Below, one piece after another: positions 62,501 through 64,000 of a stretch of DNA of 64,000 nt. Location: the NCBI RefSeq assembly GCF_018977255.1, contig NW_024704742.1, forward strand, positions 37,388,001 to 37,452,000, read 5' to 3'. Under the pieces are notes generated by a model. That model saw only the letters and a program-made list of their open reading frames with translations, searched no databases and was not told the origin of the DNA. Position 1 is the stretch's first letter. Every line of letters starts with the position of its first letter. The position numbers and the translations under genes are program-made. This DNA comes from Callorhinchus milii. Its lineage: Eukaryota.

Positions 62501-64000
62501 ACACTGATCCATGGGGCTATAATAATAATCCTTACATTTGATATACCAACTCTCACATCAGGAGGATGTCTCAAAGTGCTTCACAGGTTATTCTGTAAAG
62601 TGTATTGACTTTTGTAATATATTTTGTTGGTGAACACAGCAGCATTAATCACAATGTCATTGACCAATTTGATTTGGGGTGGGACACTGAGACCTTCTCT
62701 GGTCAAATGGTACCATGGGAGCCTTAATACGCACCTGAACAGGCTAATGTAAGGGTCAGTCTAAGCTATACGAGTTCAAAGTCCTGATGTGGGGCTTAAA
62801 ACTACAACCTCTGACTCTGAGGGGGGAACGGTATCAATTGAGTCAAGCTGACACAACTAAATGCTCAAAAGCAGAGATTTGTATACGCCAGCACAATAAA
62901 TTCACTTTTTCTTTTACAAAAAGCCTAGCAGAAGCTGCCAGACTTTTCTCATTAGGATAATCCTGTACATAGTCTCTGGACAATGACATTGGTTTTATTA
63001 TCTTTTAAGAATGGGTTGTTAGCACATTCTAGAGCTCTTGCGACTGTGAACCCATTAATGAGCATGATGTACAATCAGAGGTTGCTGAACATTGTCCTGT
63101 ACTTTGTGTTGCTAACGTCTGTTGAAAAGCACCTTTGAACACATGTAGCACTGCTGCTTTTAGCTGATGGTTTAGCTGCCAGCAGCAGTGTTGTAAAAGC
63201 AGTGTAGAATGATCATTTGTCAGTGGCACCCTTCACTGCTGCTACTTGTACTAGATTTGGTTTTAACCATCAATTGCATTGCTGCCGCCGGCCTGGTCAG
63301 TCAAGCATGTGTCATCAGTGATGCGCATGCAGCTTTGAATGTGGTGACTACATTGACCACATGGTAAACAATATCTACTGAGGTCCTTTGGATGAGATGC
63401 CAAACTGAGGTCTAGTCTTCCTGTTCAGGTGGATGTTAAGGATGCCATGATACTATTATTAAAAAAAAGGGAATTTCTCCTGAGCAACAATCCCCCTGAT
63501 AAAATTGCTCATCCAATTCTTGGCTGTTTTGGGGACATTGCTCTATACAAATTGGCTACCGTATTCGTCTACAATATATACAGTCACTACACGTTACAGT
63601 AAATCCTGTGAGGAGCTTGACAAAGTGATGAAGTTATATCAAATGCAAGAATTATTATGTAAATGTAACTGATTGTTAAGCAGCCTAGGATTTGTCTAGC
63701 CAGCCCTGCCCTACTCATTAAGTTGTGGTCTATATTTCCAGACTGCCTAGACACCCATCAACAAGTCCCTTTGATTACCATTGAGCTGCCCTCTTTAGTG
63801 ATGGGTGTCTCATTTGGAAGAACCAGTTCATCTGTTACATGTAGTAATAATAATAATCCTTGCATTTGATATAGCACTTTTCACATCTTTGAGACGTGTC
63901 AAAGCACTTCACAGTGCAGTGAATAAAGTGAATTGACTGCATATTTTGTTGGCAAAACACGTGCATGATTAATTGTAAGTCCTGTGCTGGCTATTTTAAG

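Overview
Vertebrate genomic DNA. The repeat landscape (CR1 and L2 LINEs, abundant tRNA-derived Deu-type SINEs, a Penelope-type palindrome) suggests a cartilaginous fish, plausibly a chimaera; this is inference. The window holds the 5' part of one gene on the + strand, AFF1 (AF4/FMR2 family scaffold of the super elongation complex). A GC-rich promoter and first coding exon (MATHS-S, 5545-5561) is followed by a 42-kb intron, a 121-nt exon (47748-47868), a 918-nt exon (48771-49688) and an intron running off the end. About 4 kb of strand-switching C-rich, G-rich and pentamer tandem arrays lie directly upstream of exon 1. The rest is intronic and dense in decayed transposons. I see no clearly novel multi-gene system. 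The best leads are regulatory: a second CpG-rich promoter with an in-frame alternative first exon (MDGRTA-S), a 79-codon overlapping uORF spanning three exons, an exact 37-bp copy of the exon-2 splice acceptor inside intron 2, and a circRNA-prone exon pair bracketed by inverted SINEs. There are also some unusual mobile-element fossils.
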